Origin: an uncultured bacterium
GTDB taxonomy: Bacteria > Actinomycetota > Acidimicrobiia > Spongiisociales > UBA5794
Reading direction: 5' to 3'
DNA: 64,000 nt
NCBI GenBank assembly: GCA_963801165.1
Contig: CAWDDT010000013.1
Location: 128,001 to 192,000 of the forward strand
Below are positions 48,414 to 57,518 of this stretch, one piece after another (positions within the stretch are counted from its first letter, which is position 1; each line of letters starts with the position of its first letter). A program made the translations under genes and the position numbers. The notes beneath the pieces are model-generated. The model saw only the letters and a program-made list of their open reading frames with translations. It ran no database searches and was not told the origin of the DNA.

Positions 48414-49114
48414 GACGCCCGGGCTGCCTTCTGGTACTGCACGAGCTCCGCGATGCCGCCTGCCGCCAGATCGAGCATTCGGTCCAGCTCGGCGCGGTCG
48501 AATGCGACCCCCTCGGCCGTACCCTGAACCTCGACGAACTTGCCGTCACCCGTCATGACGACATTGCAATCGGTGTCGGCGGCGACGTCCTCGGTGTACT
48601 CGAGGTCGAGCAGCACCTCCCCATCGAGCACGCCAACCGAGACCGCGGCAATGTGGCGTGCGATCGGCGACTTCTCCCAAACGCCCTGATCGACCATCTT
48701 GTCGAACGCATCCGCCAGCGCCACCCAGGCACCCGTGATCGAAGCGGTACGCGTCCCCCCGTCGGCTTGGAGCACATCACAGTCGATCCGGGCCATGACC
48801 TCGCCCATGGCCTCCTCGTCGATTGCCGCCCGCAGCGACCGGCCGATCAGCCGCTGTATCTCCTTCGTCCTTCCCCCGCTGATCGACTGGCGCGAAACCC
48901 GTTCCCTTGTGGAGCCGGGGAGCATCGAGTATTCGGCAGTGACCCATCCCTTCCCGGTACCGCGCATCCACGGCGGAACCTCGCGTTCAATCGACACTGT
49001 GCACAGAACCCGGGTCCTCCCCATCTCGACGAGCACAGACCCGGGGGTCATTTCCGTGTAGCCCCTGTGTAGCTTCACAGGACGTAGCTCGGCGGCTTTG
49101 CGGCCTTCTCTCAT
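48410..49114 (-). CDS. rph: Ribonuclease PH
   Basis: [45 protein letters not shown]. Confidence 0.97.
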   Translation of the reverse strand: MREGRKAAELRPVKLHRGYTEMTPGSVLVEMGRTRVLCTVSIEREVPPWMRGTGKGWVTAEYSMLPGSTRERVSRQSISGGRTKEIQRLIGRSLRAAIDEEAMGEVMARIDCDVLQADGGTRTASITGAWVALADAFDKMVDQGVWEKSPIARHIAAVSVGVLDGEVLLDLEYTEDVAADTDCNVVMTGDGKFVEVQGTAEGVAFDRAELDRMLDLAAGGIAELVQYQKAARAS

Positions 49115-49126
49115 TTCAACCTCTCG

Positions 49127-49879
49127 TCATATCTCGTAAATGTCACCGGGGGAAGCGACCACGACGGGTCCACCAAACACGTGCTCGGCGGCCGCGATCG
49201 ACCGCCCCGGGTCGTGACCCGGCCGCAGGTGCGTCAGGATCAGCTTGCCGGCGCCGGCAGTTCGTGCGATCTCACCCGCCTCGGCAGGGGTCAGGTGATG
49301 CGCGAATTCGTGCTCCCCTCGCGGACCGGGAAGGGTTGCCTCAGCCATCACTACCCCGGCACCCTGACACAGATCGGGGAACCCGCCGCCGGGGCCGGTG
49401 TCGGCCGAGTACACAAGGGCCCGCCCGCCGGCCTCGAACCTCGTCGCCACCGTCGGCACCGAGTGGGCGGTGACGGCGAAACGCATTTCGATGTCACTCA
49501 CCTCGACGTGGTTCTCGGCCCCTACTTCGTGGAAGTCGAAAACCTCGAACAGCACGTGGCCCTTCTCCGCCCCGAGGAACTCGGCGATGTGCTGAGACAC
49601 GCCGGATGCGGCGTACACGGGAAGCCCATGCCGCTCGAACGGGCCGTATGCCAGCGCGTGGTAGAGAGCGAGGAAGTCGGCACAGTGATCGGGGTGGCGA
49701 TGCGACAGCACCACCGCATCGAGCTCGTCGGGCGACATCCTCCGCAGCAACTCGCCCATAACGCCAAACCCGGCGTCACAGAGGATGTGGGTCGACTGAT
49801 GGCTCACCAAGTAGCCGGAACAAGGTTGGTCCGGGCTCGGGTAGGTACCCGTGCTTCCCAGTACAACAAGCTGCATCAT
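49127..49879 (-). CDS. MBL-fold metallo-hydrolase (RNase Z/AtsA-like)
   Basis: Start at MMQLVVLG; SHRHPDH, YSADT, HLT, LTHL. Confidence 0.9.
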   Translation of the reverse strand: MMQLVVLGSTGTYPSPDQPCSGYLVSHQSTHILCDAGFGVMGELLRRMSPDELDAVVLSHRHPDHCADFLALYHALAYGPFERHGLPVYAASGVSQHIAEFLGAEKGHVLFEVFDFHEVGAENHVEVSDIEMRFAVTAHSVPTVATRFEAGGRALVYSADTGPGGGFPDLCQGAGVVMAEATLPGPRGEHEFAHHLTPAEAGEIARTAGAGKLILTHLRPGHDPGRSIAAAEHVFGGPVVVASPGDIYEI

Positions 49880-50127
49880 CTGCTCCCGAAGAACACAATC
49901 ATCCACACCGCCGCCAGGGCGATCGCGGCGAGCAACGGAACCCATACCGTGCGCCGCCACATTGCGGCGCCGATACCACCGGTCACCAGCCACGCCATGC
50001 TGAGCGTAATCAGCCACCCTGACGCGATCACACCACCGGATGCCACGATCAGCACGCCGACGAACAAGAAGAGCGCTACACCTACCAACCCGTACACGGT
50101 GAGGTGCTCCGACCTGGCTTGCGTCAC
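49876..50127 (-). CDS. Small membrane protein
   Basis: 83 aa with about three TM segments; 4-nt overlaps with both neighbours. Confidence 0.7.
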   Translation of the reverse strand: MTQARSEHLTVYGLVGVALFLFVGVLIVASGGVIASGWLITLSMAWLVTGGIGAAMWRRTVWVPLLAAIALAAVWMIVFFGSR

Positions 50128-50534
50128 GGAACCTCCCGGAGCACTACCTCGTCAACCTTCATTTCGCGGATGCGAAACCCGCGTACCTCGGGAAACCCGC
50201 CTTCCATGCCGACCACCAGATACAGCCAGGACGCATCGAGCGCACCGGCGATGTCCCGGGCGGAAGGGAACGCCGCCGATTCTGGATGGGAATGAAAGGA
50301 ACCGCCGATCGCCCAACCCAGCCCTTCGGCGTTGCGAATCGCTCCGTAGTGCTCCGGTGGCGCCACGGTGAAACGAACCGGGGATCGCTCTACGTTCGTC
50401 ATCGCATAAGCCATGCACAGCCTGCCGGCATCGTCCACCGCCAGCAGACCACAGGCTTCCTCGGGCATACAGAACTCGGCGTGGGCAACGACCGCCCGGC
50501 GAATCTGCGAGGGAAGCTCGACCTGTTCCATCAC
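50124..50534 (-). CDS. JAB/Mov34 (M67, Mec-like) metallopeptidase
   Basis: PEEACGLL and FHSHP..AFPSARD (JAMM motif). Confidence 0.9.
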   Translation of the reverse strand: MMEQVELPSQIRRAVVAHAEFCMPEEACGLLAVDDAGRLCMAYAMTNVERSPVRFTVAPPEHYGAIRNAEGLGWAIGGSFHSHPESAAFPSARDIAGALDASWLYLVVGMEGGFPEVRGFRIREMKVDEVVLREVP

Positions 50535-51745
50535 AACGGATCCCGCTCAATGGGTTGGGTCATGCAACGGCTCCCTCCCCGCCCCCGGCACAGCTCGCTG
50601 GCGTCGAGTTCGAGCACCTCGACACCGGCATCACCGAGGCGACGGTTGGTCTCCTTGTTCCGTTGGTAGGCGATGACAACACCCGGGGCGATGGCCAGCG
50701 TGTTGTTGCCGTCGTCCCATTGTTCGTGCAACTGACCGATGGCGTCCCCACCGGTCACCACAAAGGTGATGTCGTCGAGATCGAGAGTGGCCCGAAGAGC
50801 CGCCTCGAGACCGCCGCTTCGCTCGACCACGAGCCCGCCTTCCCCGGCGGTGATGACGTGCACGTCCACTGCGTCGAGCAGGCCAGGGAAGACGTTGAAC
50901 ACCGATCGGTCGACCATGGTGAACACAGTGTCGAGATGCATGACGGCACGGGTCTGGCGCAGGTGGACGACGATGATCTTCTCGATGGACGATCCGCCGA
51001 GCAACCGTCGCGCCAGCAACTCGACCGCCGCAGGGGCGGTTCGCTCACCCAGCCCGATCATCAGCGTGTCCTCGGCGAGAACGAGCACGTCCCCACCCTC
51101 GATGGTCGCCGGATAGTGGTCATCGGGTCCGGTCCCGTACCAGATCGGGAACGATTCATCCCGGAACCGTGGGTGGTGCCGGTAGATCTCCTTCATGTAC
51201 AGCGACTCACGCTCGCGGGCCGGCGTCGCCAGGACATTGATTAACAACCCGTCGCACACCCACGCCGCGTTGTCACGCATGAAGAGAAGGTTGGGCAGCG
51301 GGCGGAGCACGTAGTGGAAACGGTCGGCGACCAGATCGGCAAACAAGGGATCGACACCCCATTCGCCGAGCTCCCGCTCCAGCAGACCACCGAGCAGCAC
51401 ATCGACTACCCGGCCGCATTCCGCCTCGCGGAAACTCCGCCGCAGCCGCTCCGCCACCCCGGCGCCACACCGGGCAGGGGTGATGATGTCGTCAATGATG
51501 TCGCCCCTGATCCCATCGTCGTCGAGGATGTCGCGCAACAAATCCTCGAAGTAGAGGACCTCGGTCCCCCGATCAGTCATGAGCTTGGTGAAGCGATCGT
51601 GCTCCTCCTGGGCTCGCTCCAACCAGAGCAGGTCGTCAAAGAGAAGAGCGTCCTTGTTGTCGGGGGTGAGCCGGGCGATTTCGATGCCGGGGCGGTGTAC
51701 CAGCACCGTACTAAGCCGACCGATCTCGCTGCTGACATGACCCAT
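50531..51745 (-). CDS. arcA: Arginine deiminase
   Basis: Start at MGHVSSEIGRL (TAGAGT -10 box 8 nt upstream, probably leaderless); LLFDD, PNLLFMRD, IEGGD, MHLDT, GRGGSRCM. Confidence 0.93.
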   Translation of the reverse strand: MGHVSSEIGRLSTVLVHRPGIEIARLTPDNKDALLFDDLLWLERAQEEHDRFTKLMTDRGTEVLYFEDLLRDILDDDGIRGDIIDDIITPARCGAGVAERLRRSFREAECGRVVDVLLGGLLERELGEWGVDPLFADLVADRFHYVLRPLPNLLFMRDNAAWVCDGLLINVLATPARERESLYMKEIYRHHPRFRDESFPIWYGTGPDDHYPATIEGGDVLVLAEDTLMIGLGERTAPAAVELLARRLLGGSSIEKIIVVHLRQTRAVMHLDTVFTMVDRSVFNVFPGLLDAVDVHVITAGEGGLVVERSGGLEAALRATLDLDDITFVVTGGDAIGQLHEQWDDGNNTLAIAPGVVIAYQRNKETNRRLGDAGVEVLELDASELCRGRGGSRCMTQPIERDPL

Positions 51746-52185
51746 GCAGTCGGACTCTAGGGCGTCATTGCCCGCTCCGGCGGTCGCGACCAGCGCAGAC
51801 GCGGAAGAACCCGGAGCGTCTTCGGTCGTCACGAGGTTCTCGAGACGTTGACCGCCGCGATAGGACCAGATCGCAGATCTCCGGGTTCCGGTGGTCCGAG
51901 TTGGAGTCGCCACCTGACCTCACGCAGAGGTCAAAGCAGCTACTCGAACGGGTAGCCGCTTAGCGCTCGGCCACCTCCAGGGTCCTATTAGAACTGTCAT
52001 GCATTGCTTGGACCACCTCCCTTCTCTGGTGAGCGCATTTTGCCACACTTGCGCAACTTGTCGAGCGATATTGACGAATGACCGATACGCATATACGCAT
52101 TAGTTGTCGACGCTACTCATCAATTGTGGTTATGCTCCGCACCGCAGGGCACCATTGCGCCCTGCCCTACGGGAGGTAATGAAGA

Positions 52186-53532
52186 ATGAACATGCTCAAA
52201 CCGAACCGCTTTGTTCTGGCACTGGGCGCCTTTGCACTGCTGATAGCAGCCTGCGGCGGCGGCACAGACACAGCAACAACGACGGCACCGGAGACCACCG
52301 CAGCGACAACCACAACAGCTGCTGCGACAACTACAACGGCCGCGGCTACAACCACCACCGCGGCGGAGACAACCACGACTGCGGCGGCCATGCCGGACAA
52401 CGCCGACGGCGTTCTCAAGTTCGGCTACGTGCTGCCGCAAACAGGTGCTCTCTCCGCCATCATCGATGCGTTGGTCAAGCCGATCGAGATGGCGCAGAGC
52501 GAGATCGCGGATGCCGGCTTCGATTTCACCCTGGTGCCCGGCGACTCCGGTACCGATCCGGCAATCGCATCGACTTCAGTCGACGGTCTCTTGAATGACG
52601 GTGTCGACGCCATCTTCGGTGCCGCCGCATCGGGAGTCTCGGAATCCATCCTCAGCAAGGTGACCGGCTCCGGGGTGGCAATGTGCTCCGGTTCCAACAC
52701 CGCGGCATCGCTGACCACAGCCGATGACGGCGGGTTCTACTTCCGGACAGCACCGTCCGACGTTCTCCAGGGTCCGGCTCTTGCCGACGTGATCACCGGC
52801 GACGGCGCCTCGAGTGTCGCCATCGTTTACCGCAACGATGAGTACGGCGCCGGCTTCAACGAGGCGCTTGCAAGCGGTCTCGAGGACAATGGCGTCACCG
52901 TTGCCACCCAGATCTCCTACGACCCGAACGCCACATCGTTCGATGCTGAAGCCCAGCAGATCGCAGACGCCGGGGTCGATGCCGTCGCCATCATCGTGTT
53001 CGGTGAAGGTGCTCAGTTGCTCCAGGCGATGATCGAGGCTGGCGTTGGCCCTGCCGATGTCCAGATCTACGTCGCCGACGGCTTCAAGGACACGGTTTCC
53101 GCTGCTGACGTCGATCCGAACAACGCTGCGGTGCTCGAGGGCATCCGCGGCACGGCTCCGTCGGCCAACCCACCCAACGGCGAGGCGACGTTCGGTGACC
53201 GGCTCGAGGCGTTCGCTCCGGGCACACCGACGATCTTCTCGGCTCAGTTCTACGACTGCACCGTGGTGTTTGCGCTTGCGTCTGCTATCGCCGGCACCGA
53301 CGACGTGTCGGTGTGGGTCAACGAGGTGAACGGAGTGACCAAGGACGGTACGAAGTGCACCAGCTTCGCCGATTGCTACACGCTCGTGCAGGCGGGCGAG
53401 GACATCGACTACGACGGCGCCTCCGGTCCGCTCGAGTTCACTGATGTGGGCGAGCCGTCCACGGGCGTCTACGACGTCTTCCAATACGACTCCGACGGGA
53501 ACGCACAAACCGAATCCCAGGTCGAGGTCTAG
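52186..53532 (+). CDS. Branched-chain amino acid-type ABC transporter substrate-binding lipoprotein
   Basis: Lipobox IAAC, Thr/Ala linker, LPQTG.L, GAAASGVS, FRTAPSD.LQG, DYDGASG. Confidence 0.92.
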   Translation: MNMLKPNRFVLALGAFALLIAACGGGTDTATTTAPETTAATTTTAAATTTTAAATTTTAAETTTTAAAMPDNADGVLKFGYVLPQTGALSAIIDALVKPIEMAQSEIADAGFDFTLVPGDSGTDPAIASTSVDGLLNDGVDAIFGAAASGVSESILSKVTGSGVAMCSGSNTAASLTTADDGGFYFRTAPSDVLQGPALADVITGDGASSVAIVYRNDEYGAGFNEALASGLEDNGVTVATQISYDPNATSFDAEAQQIADAGVDAVAIIVFGEGAQLLQAMIEAGVGPADVQIYVADGFKDTVSAADVDPNNAAVLEGIRGTAPSANPPNGEATFGDRLEAFAPGTPTIFSAQFYDCTVVFALASAIAGTDDVSVWVNEVNGVTKDGTKCTSFADCYTLVQAGEDIDYDGASGPLEFTDVGEPSTGVYDVFQYDSDGNAQTESQVEV

Positions 53533-53570
53533 GGGCCGGGCCACTCGGTTCCAACACTCCTACGACCGTC

Positions 53571-53603
53571 AGAGAAGGGGCCCGTTCATCGGGCCCCTTC
53601 TCT
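53571..53603. terminator. Bidirectional intrinsic terminator
   Basis: agagaaggggcccg-ttcat-cgggccccttctct perfect hairpin between convergent genes. Confidence 0.85.
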
Positions 53604-53630
53604 ATCCAGCCCTAACAGGGTGTGGGCCTG

Positions 53631-54368
53631 TTACTTGGCCCTCCCTAACGTACCGAGGTAGAGGTCGATGATCTTGGGGTCGTGTAGCAGCTCGGCCCCG
53701 ATTCCTGTATATGCGTTCGTCCCCTGGTCGAGTACATAGCCGCGGTCACAGATCTGGAGACAGCGGCGGGCGTTCTGCTCGACCATGATGATCGACACCC
53801 CGGTGTCGGCAATCTGGCGAATCCGATCGAAGATCATGTCCTGGTTGGCGGGAGACAGACCGGCCGACGGCTCGTCGAGCAATAGGACCGACGGGTCCAT
53901 CATCAACGCTCGCCCCATCGCCAGCATCTGCCGCTCCCCACCGGACATGAACCCGGCCCGCTGCCGGATGCGGTCGGCAAGCACCGGAAAAAGTTCGGTC
54001 ACGACCTCGAACCGCTCGTCCCATCGTTCCGACGCCAGAAACAGACCCATCTCGAGGTTCTCCTCGACGGTCAGCGTCTGGAACACATTCTCACGCTGCG
54101 GCACGTAGCCGACCCCCTTGGCCACCAGGACGTGGGCTGCCAGATTGGTGATCTCGTCGCCGCGCAACGTCACCGACCCGCGCCGGACGTTCACCAAACC
54201 GAACAACGCCTTGACGAGGGTCGACTTGCCCGCCCCGTTGGGGCCGATGATCCCGACGAGCTCACCCTCTGCAAGCGTCAGGTTGCATCCATTGAGAATG
54301 TCGACTCCGGGGAGGTAGCCGGCGAACACATCGCTTGCCTCGATGAGATGCGACGCTGTGGTGATCAC
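53631..54368 (-). CDS. livF: Branched-chain amino acid ABC transporter ATPase
   Basis: GPNGAGKS, MSGGERQMLAMGRALM, LLDEPSAGL, VEQN. Confidence 0.93.
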   Translation of the reverse strand: MITTASHLIEASDVFAGYLPGVDILNGCNLTLAEGELVGIIGPNGAGKSTLVKALFGLVNVRRGSVTLRGDEITNLAAHVLVAKGVGYVPQRENVFQTLTVEENLEMGLFLASERWDERFEVVTELFPVLADRIRQRAGFMSGGERQMLAMGRALMMDPSVLLLDEPSAGLSPANQDMIFDRIRQIADTGVSIIMVEQNARRCLQICDRGYVLDQGTNAYTGIGAELLHDPKIIDLYLGTLGRAK

Positions 54369-55192
54369 AGGGCCTCCCCGTGGTGACGTCCCAGATAGGC
54401 GTCGATGACGTCGTCGTTAGCGGCGATATGGGACGGTGGCCCTTCAGCGATGAGGCTCCCCTGCGCCAGCACGATGACCCAGTCGCTTATCTCCTGGACG
54501 ACGTCCATGTCGTGCTCGATGAAGATCACGGTCTTGTCATCGTCGCGCAGCGCGGTGATGTGGTGGAGGAGAGACTGGGTCAGCGCCGGATTCACCCCCG
54601 CCATCGGCTCGTCGAGCATGATCAGCTCAGGGTTGACCATCAGCGCTCGCGCCATCTCGAGCAGCTTGCGTTGCCCTCCCGAGAGACTCCCGGCAAACTC
54701 ATTGCGCATCTGAATGAGGTCGAAACGCTCCAGCAAATCCTCGGCTCGGCCTGTGTTCTCCCGCTCGATCCTGCGCCACGAGGTGAACAGACCTCCGAGC
54801 AGCCTCTCCCCATGCTGGTCGGTGGCACCGAGAAGCACATTCTCGAGCACGGTGAGCCTGGCCAGCGAGCGTGTCAGTTGGAACGTTCTCACGACACCCT
54901 TGCGAGCGACGCGGTAGGCCGGGATGCCAACGAGTGGCCCACCGTCTAGATGCCAGTGGCCGGCGTCCGCTTTGTCGAAACCGGTGAGGAGGTTGAACAG
55001 CGTGGTCTTGCCGGCACCGTTGGGACCGATCAGCGACGTGATGGTGTGCCGCTGGATCTCGAGGTGGCCGACGTCGACGGCCAGCAGCCCGCCGAAAGCT
55101 CGGCTGATGTGCTCGACCACCAGGATCGGGTCGGGCTTGGCCACGCCCGGCTCGCAGGGAATGCCGGCAAGCGGAGATTCAGCGGTCGCCAA
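54365..55192 (-). CDS. livG: Branched-chain amino acid ABC transporter ATPase
   Basis: FGGL.AV, GPNGAGKTT, RTFQ, LSGGQRK, DEPMAG, IEHDM. Confidence 0.93.
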   Translation of the reverse strand: MATAESPLAGIPCEPGVAKPDPILVVEHISRAFGGLLAVDVGHLEIQRHTITSLIGPNGAGKTTLFNLLTGFDKADAGHWHLDGGPLVGIPAYRVARKGVVRTFQLTRSLARLTVLENVLLGATDQHGERLLGGLFTSWRRIERENTGRAEDLLERFDLIQMRNEFAGSLSGGQRKLLEMARALMVNPELIMLDEPMAGVNPALTQSLLHHITALRDDDKTVIFIEHDMDVVQEISDWVIVLAQGSLIAEGPPSHIAANDDVIDAYLGRHHGEAL

Positions 55193-56171
55193 TGAGCATC
55201 TCCTCCTTGCTTCCGAACAGTCCTTGTGGACGGAACGCCATCAGGGCCATCAACCCGACACCGACGAGAACGAGCTTGACCTGAGCCGCGTCGGTCGCAT
55301 CGAACCCGGCCCAGTTGAACCAGCCCTGCTGCTGGGCGCTCGCCATGAAGCTGTCGAAGAAGAAGAACAGGAACTGGAATATCAGAGCACCGACGACGGG
55401 GCCGAGGATGGTGCCTGCTCCCCCGACGATCACAATCACATACAGGAAGAAAGTCACCTTGGGCTCGAACGAGTTCGGGTTGACGTTCTGCTGCTCGATG
55501 GCGAGCAGCGCCCCCGCTATAGCCCCGAACCCTCCACCGAGCATGAGCGCCTGGAGCTTGTACAAGAAGACGTTCTTGCCGAGGCTGCGGGCGGCGTCCT
55601 CGTCCTCGCGGACGGCACGGACGACCCGGCCCCATGGGCTTCGGATCAGCTTCCACGTGATGAGCAGCCCGATACCGACCAACGCCCATCCCACCAGGCT
55701 CACAAAAAGAGCTCTGCCCTGGAAGACGAACTGACCCCAGCCGTAGCGGGCCCCAGGGGAGAACGGGTTAAGGTCGAAGAACTGGTTGGCAAACGCCTGG
55801 ATGCCGAACACGCCGCCGGTGAACGGCTCCGCAAACCCGGAGCGAGCGACGAGACGCATGATCTCACCGATCGAGATGGTCACTATGGCGAGATAGTCGG
55901 CGCGCAGCCTCAGGGTGGGTATGCCGAGTAACAGCCCCAGCCCTGCCCCGGCGACGACACCGACGACGATTCCCAGCCATAGCGATCCTCCGGCGTCAAC
56001 GGTGATCGCCGTCCCATATGCCCCTGCCATCATGAATGCGACGTGGCCGAAGTTGAGCAGCCCCGCATAGCCGAACTGCAGGTTGAGCCCGATCGCCGAG
56101 AGGGCATAGGCCGCACCCGCCGGCCCCAGCGCCGCCAGCACTCCATGGAAGAATATGTTCGTCCAGTCCAT
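55179..56171 (-). CDS. livM: Branched-chain amino acid ABC transporter permease
   Basis: Start at MDWTNIF; GLNLQFGYAGLLNFGH, LRLRADYLAIVT, AVREDEDAA..LG. Confidence 0.92.
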   Translation of the reverse strand: MDWTNIFFHGVLAALGPAGAAYALSAIGLNLQFGYAGLLNFGHVAFMMAGAYGTAITVDAGGSLWLGIVVGVVAGAGLGLLLGIPTLRLRADYLAIVTISIGEIMRLVARSGFAEPFTGGVFGIQAFANQFFDLNPFSPGARYGWGQFVFQGRALFVSLVGWALVGIGLLITWKLIRSPWGRVVRAVREDEDAARSLGKNVFLYKLQALMLGGGFGAIAGALLAIEQQNVNPNSFEPKVTFFLYVIVIVGGAGTILGPVVGALIFQFLFFFFDSFMASAQQQGWFNWAGFDATDAAQVKLVLVGVGLMALMAFRPQGLFGSKEEMLIGDR

Positions 56172-57457
56172 CAGCCGATCCGTTCCCGAGTTCCCAAAAG
56201 ACCCTGTGGCCGTACCAGCAGCATCACGACGAGCACCGCAAGTGCTACTGCGTTCTTCACATTCGGGTCGATCCAGAATGTGCTCATCTCGATAGTGACT
56301 CCAACGATGAATGCCCCCACCATGGCCCCAAAGGCCGTACCCAGACCGCCCAACACCACGGCGGCGAATATCAGCAACAACAGCTTGAAGCCCATGTCCC
56401 ACTGCACGGTCTCGGATGCACCCTCGAGAACGCCACCCAACCCGGCCAGCCCCGCTCCGACCACCCAGGTGACCAGGATGACCCGCTCGGCGTCGATCCC
56501 AGACGACTCCGCGAGATCACGGTTGTCGGCTACTGCGCGCATGGCGGTTCCCGTCTTGGTGCGCTGGAGGAACAGTCCGACCCCGATCAGCACCACGATG
56601 CTGAGACCGATGATGACCACGTTCTTGGGAACGGTCCGCACGCCGAGAAGTGTGATCGGCTGCTGCACCGCAAAGTCCGCGTAAGTCCGCGGTTCTCCAC
56701 CGAACATGATGTTGATGACGTTGCGGATCGCAAACGACAAGCCAATCGAGATGACGAGCATTGAGATGAGCCCTGCCCGCCGTCGCCGCAACGGCCGCCA
56801 CAGAACGGTCTCGTTGAGCCACCCGAAGGCTGCCGTGGCCAGGATCGCCGGGATCGCGGCGGCAATCAGCGGCCAGCCGGGGCCAAGCGGCGAAAGGTGA
56901 AAGAAGTAGGCGATGACCGCACCCATCGTGACCAGCTCACCGTGGGCGAAGTTGACCAGTCCGGTCACACCGAAGATCAGGGACAAACCGATCGACGCCA
57001 TGGCGATGATCGCACCCAGCTTCAGCCCGATGATGAACAGCTCGAGGAGACGTTCGACCGTCGATGCGCCGCCCGTGGAGAGACCAGGGCCGAGATTGAA
57101 TCGGGCCGTCTTCTGCTGGTTGTCGCGCACGGTCAGATTGGGTAGTTCGGACCGCTCGGGATCGGTCAGGGCGACCCCCTCGGGAAGAGTGTCCACCTCG
57201 AGCCGCACAAGGTAGCTACCCGGGCCAGGCACCGGGACCTCCCAGTTGCCCTCGGCGTCGGACACGGCACTGCCGATCTCCGCACCGTCGCTCTCGACTG
57301 TGACGGTGACCCCCGCGACCGGTTCGCGCACGTCGCCGTCGATCTTCTCGAGAGTCCCCTTGATCGTCTCACCTTCGGCGTGCGCTGCAAGGGGGAAAGA
57401 GAAGAACGCCACAATGGCGATCATCACAATCAGCAGGGATCGTATCGTCGTTCGCAC
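56171..57457 (-). CDS. livH: Branched-chain amino acid ABC transporter permease with N-terminal extracellular domain
   Basis: GLSLIFG..GLVNFAHGE, GTAMRAVADN, VVLGGLG, RPQGL. Confidence 0.92.
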   Translation of the reverse strand: MRTTIRSLLIVMIAIVAFFSFPLAAHAEGETIKGTLEKIDGDVREPVAGVTVTVESDGAEIGSAVSDAEGNWEVPVPGPGSYLVRLEVDTLPEGVALTDPERSELPNLTVRDNQQKTARFNLGPGLSTGGASTVERLLELFIIGLKLGAIIAMASIGLSLIFGVTGLVNFAHGELVTMGAVIAYFFHLSPLGPGWPLIAAAIPAILATAAFGWLNETVLWRPLRRRRAGLISMLVISIGLSFAIRNVINIMFGGEPRTYADFAVQQPITLLGVRTVPKNVVIIGLSIVVLIGVGLFLQRTKTGTAMRAVADNRDLAESSGIDAERVILVTWVVGAGLAGLGGVLEGASETVQWDMGFKLLLLIFAAVVLGGLGTAFGAMVGAFIVGVTIEMSTFWIDPNVKNAVALAVLVVMLLVRPQGLLGTRERIG

Positions 57458-57518
57458 GGTGCCGGGAGTCTAGGTCGGCGCCGCGCGCCCCGCACAACTA
57501 CGCCGCGCGCCTGCACAA

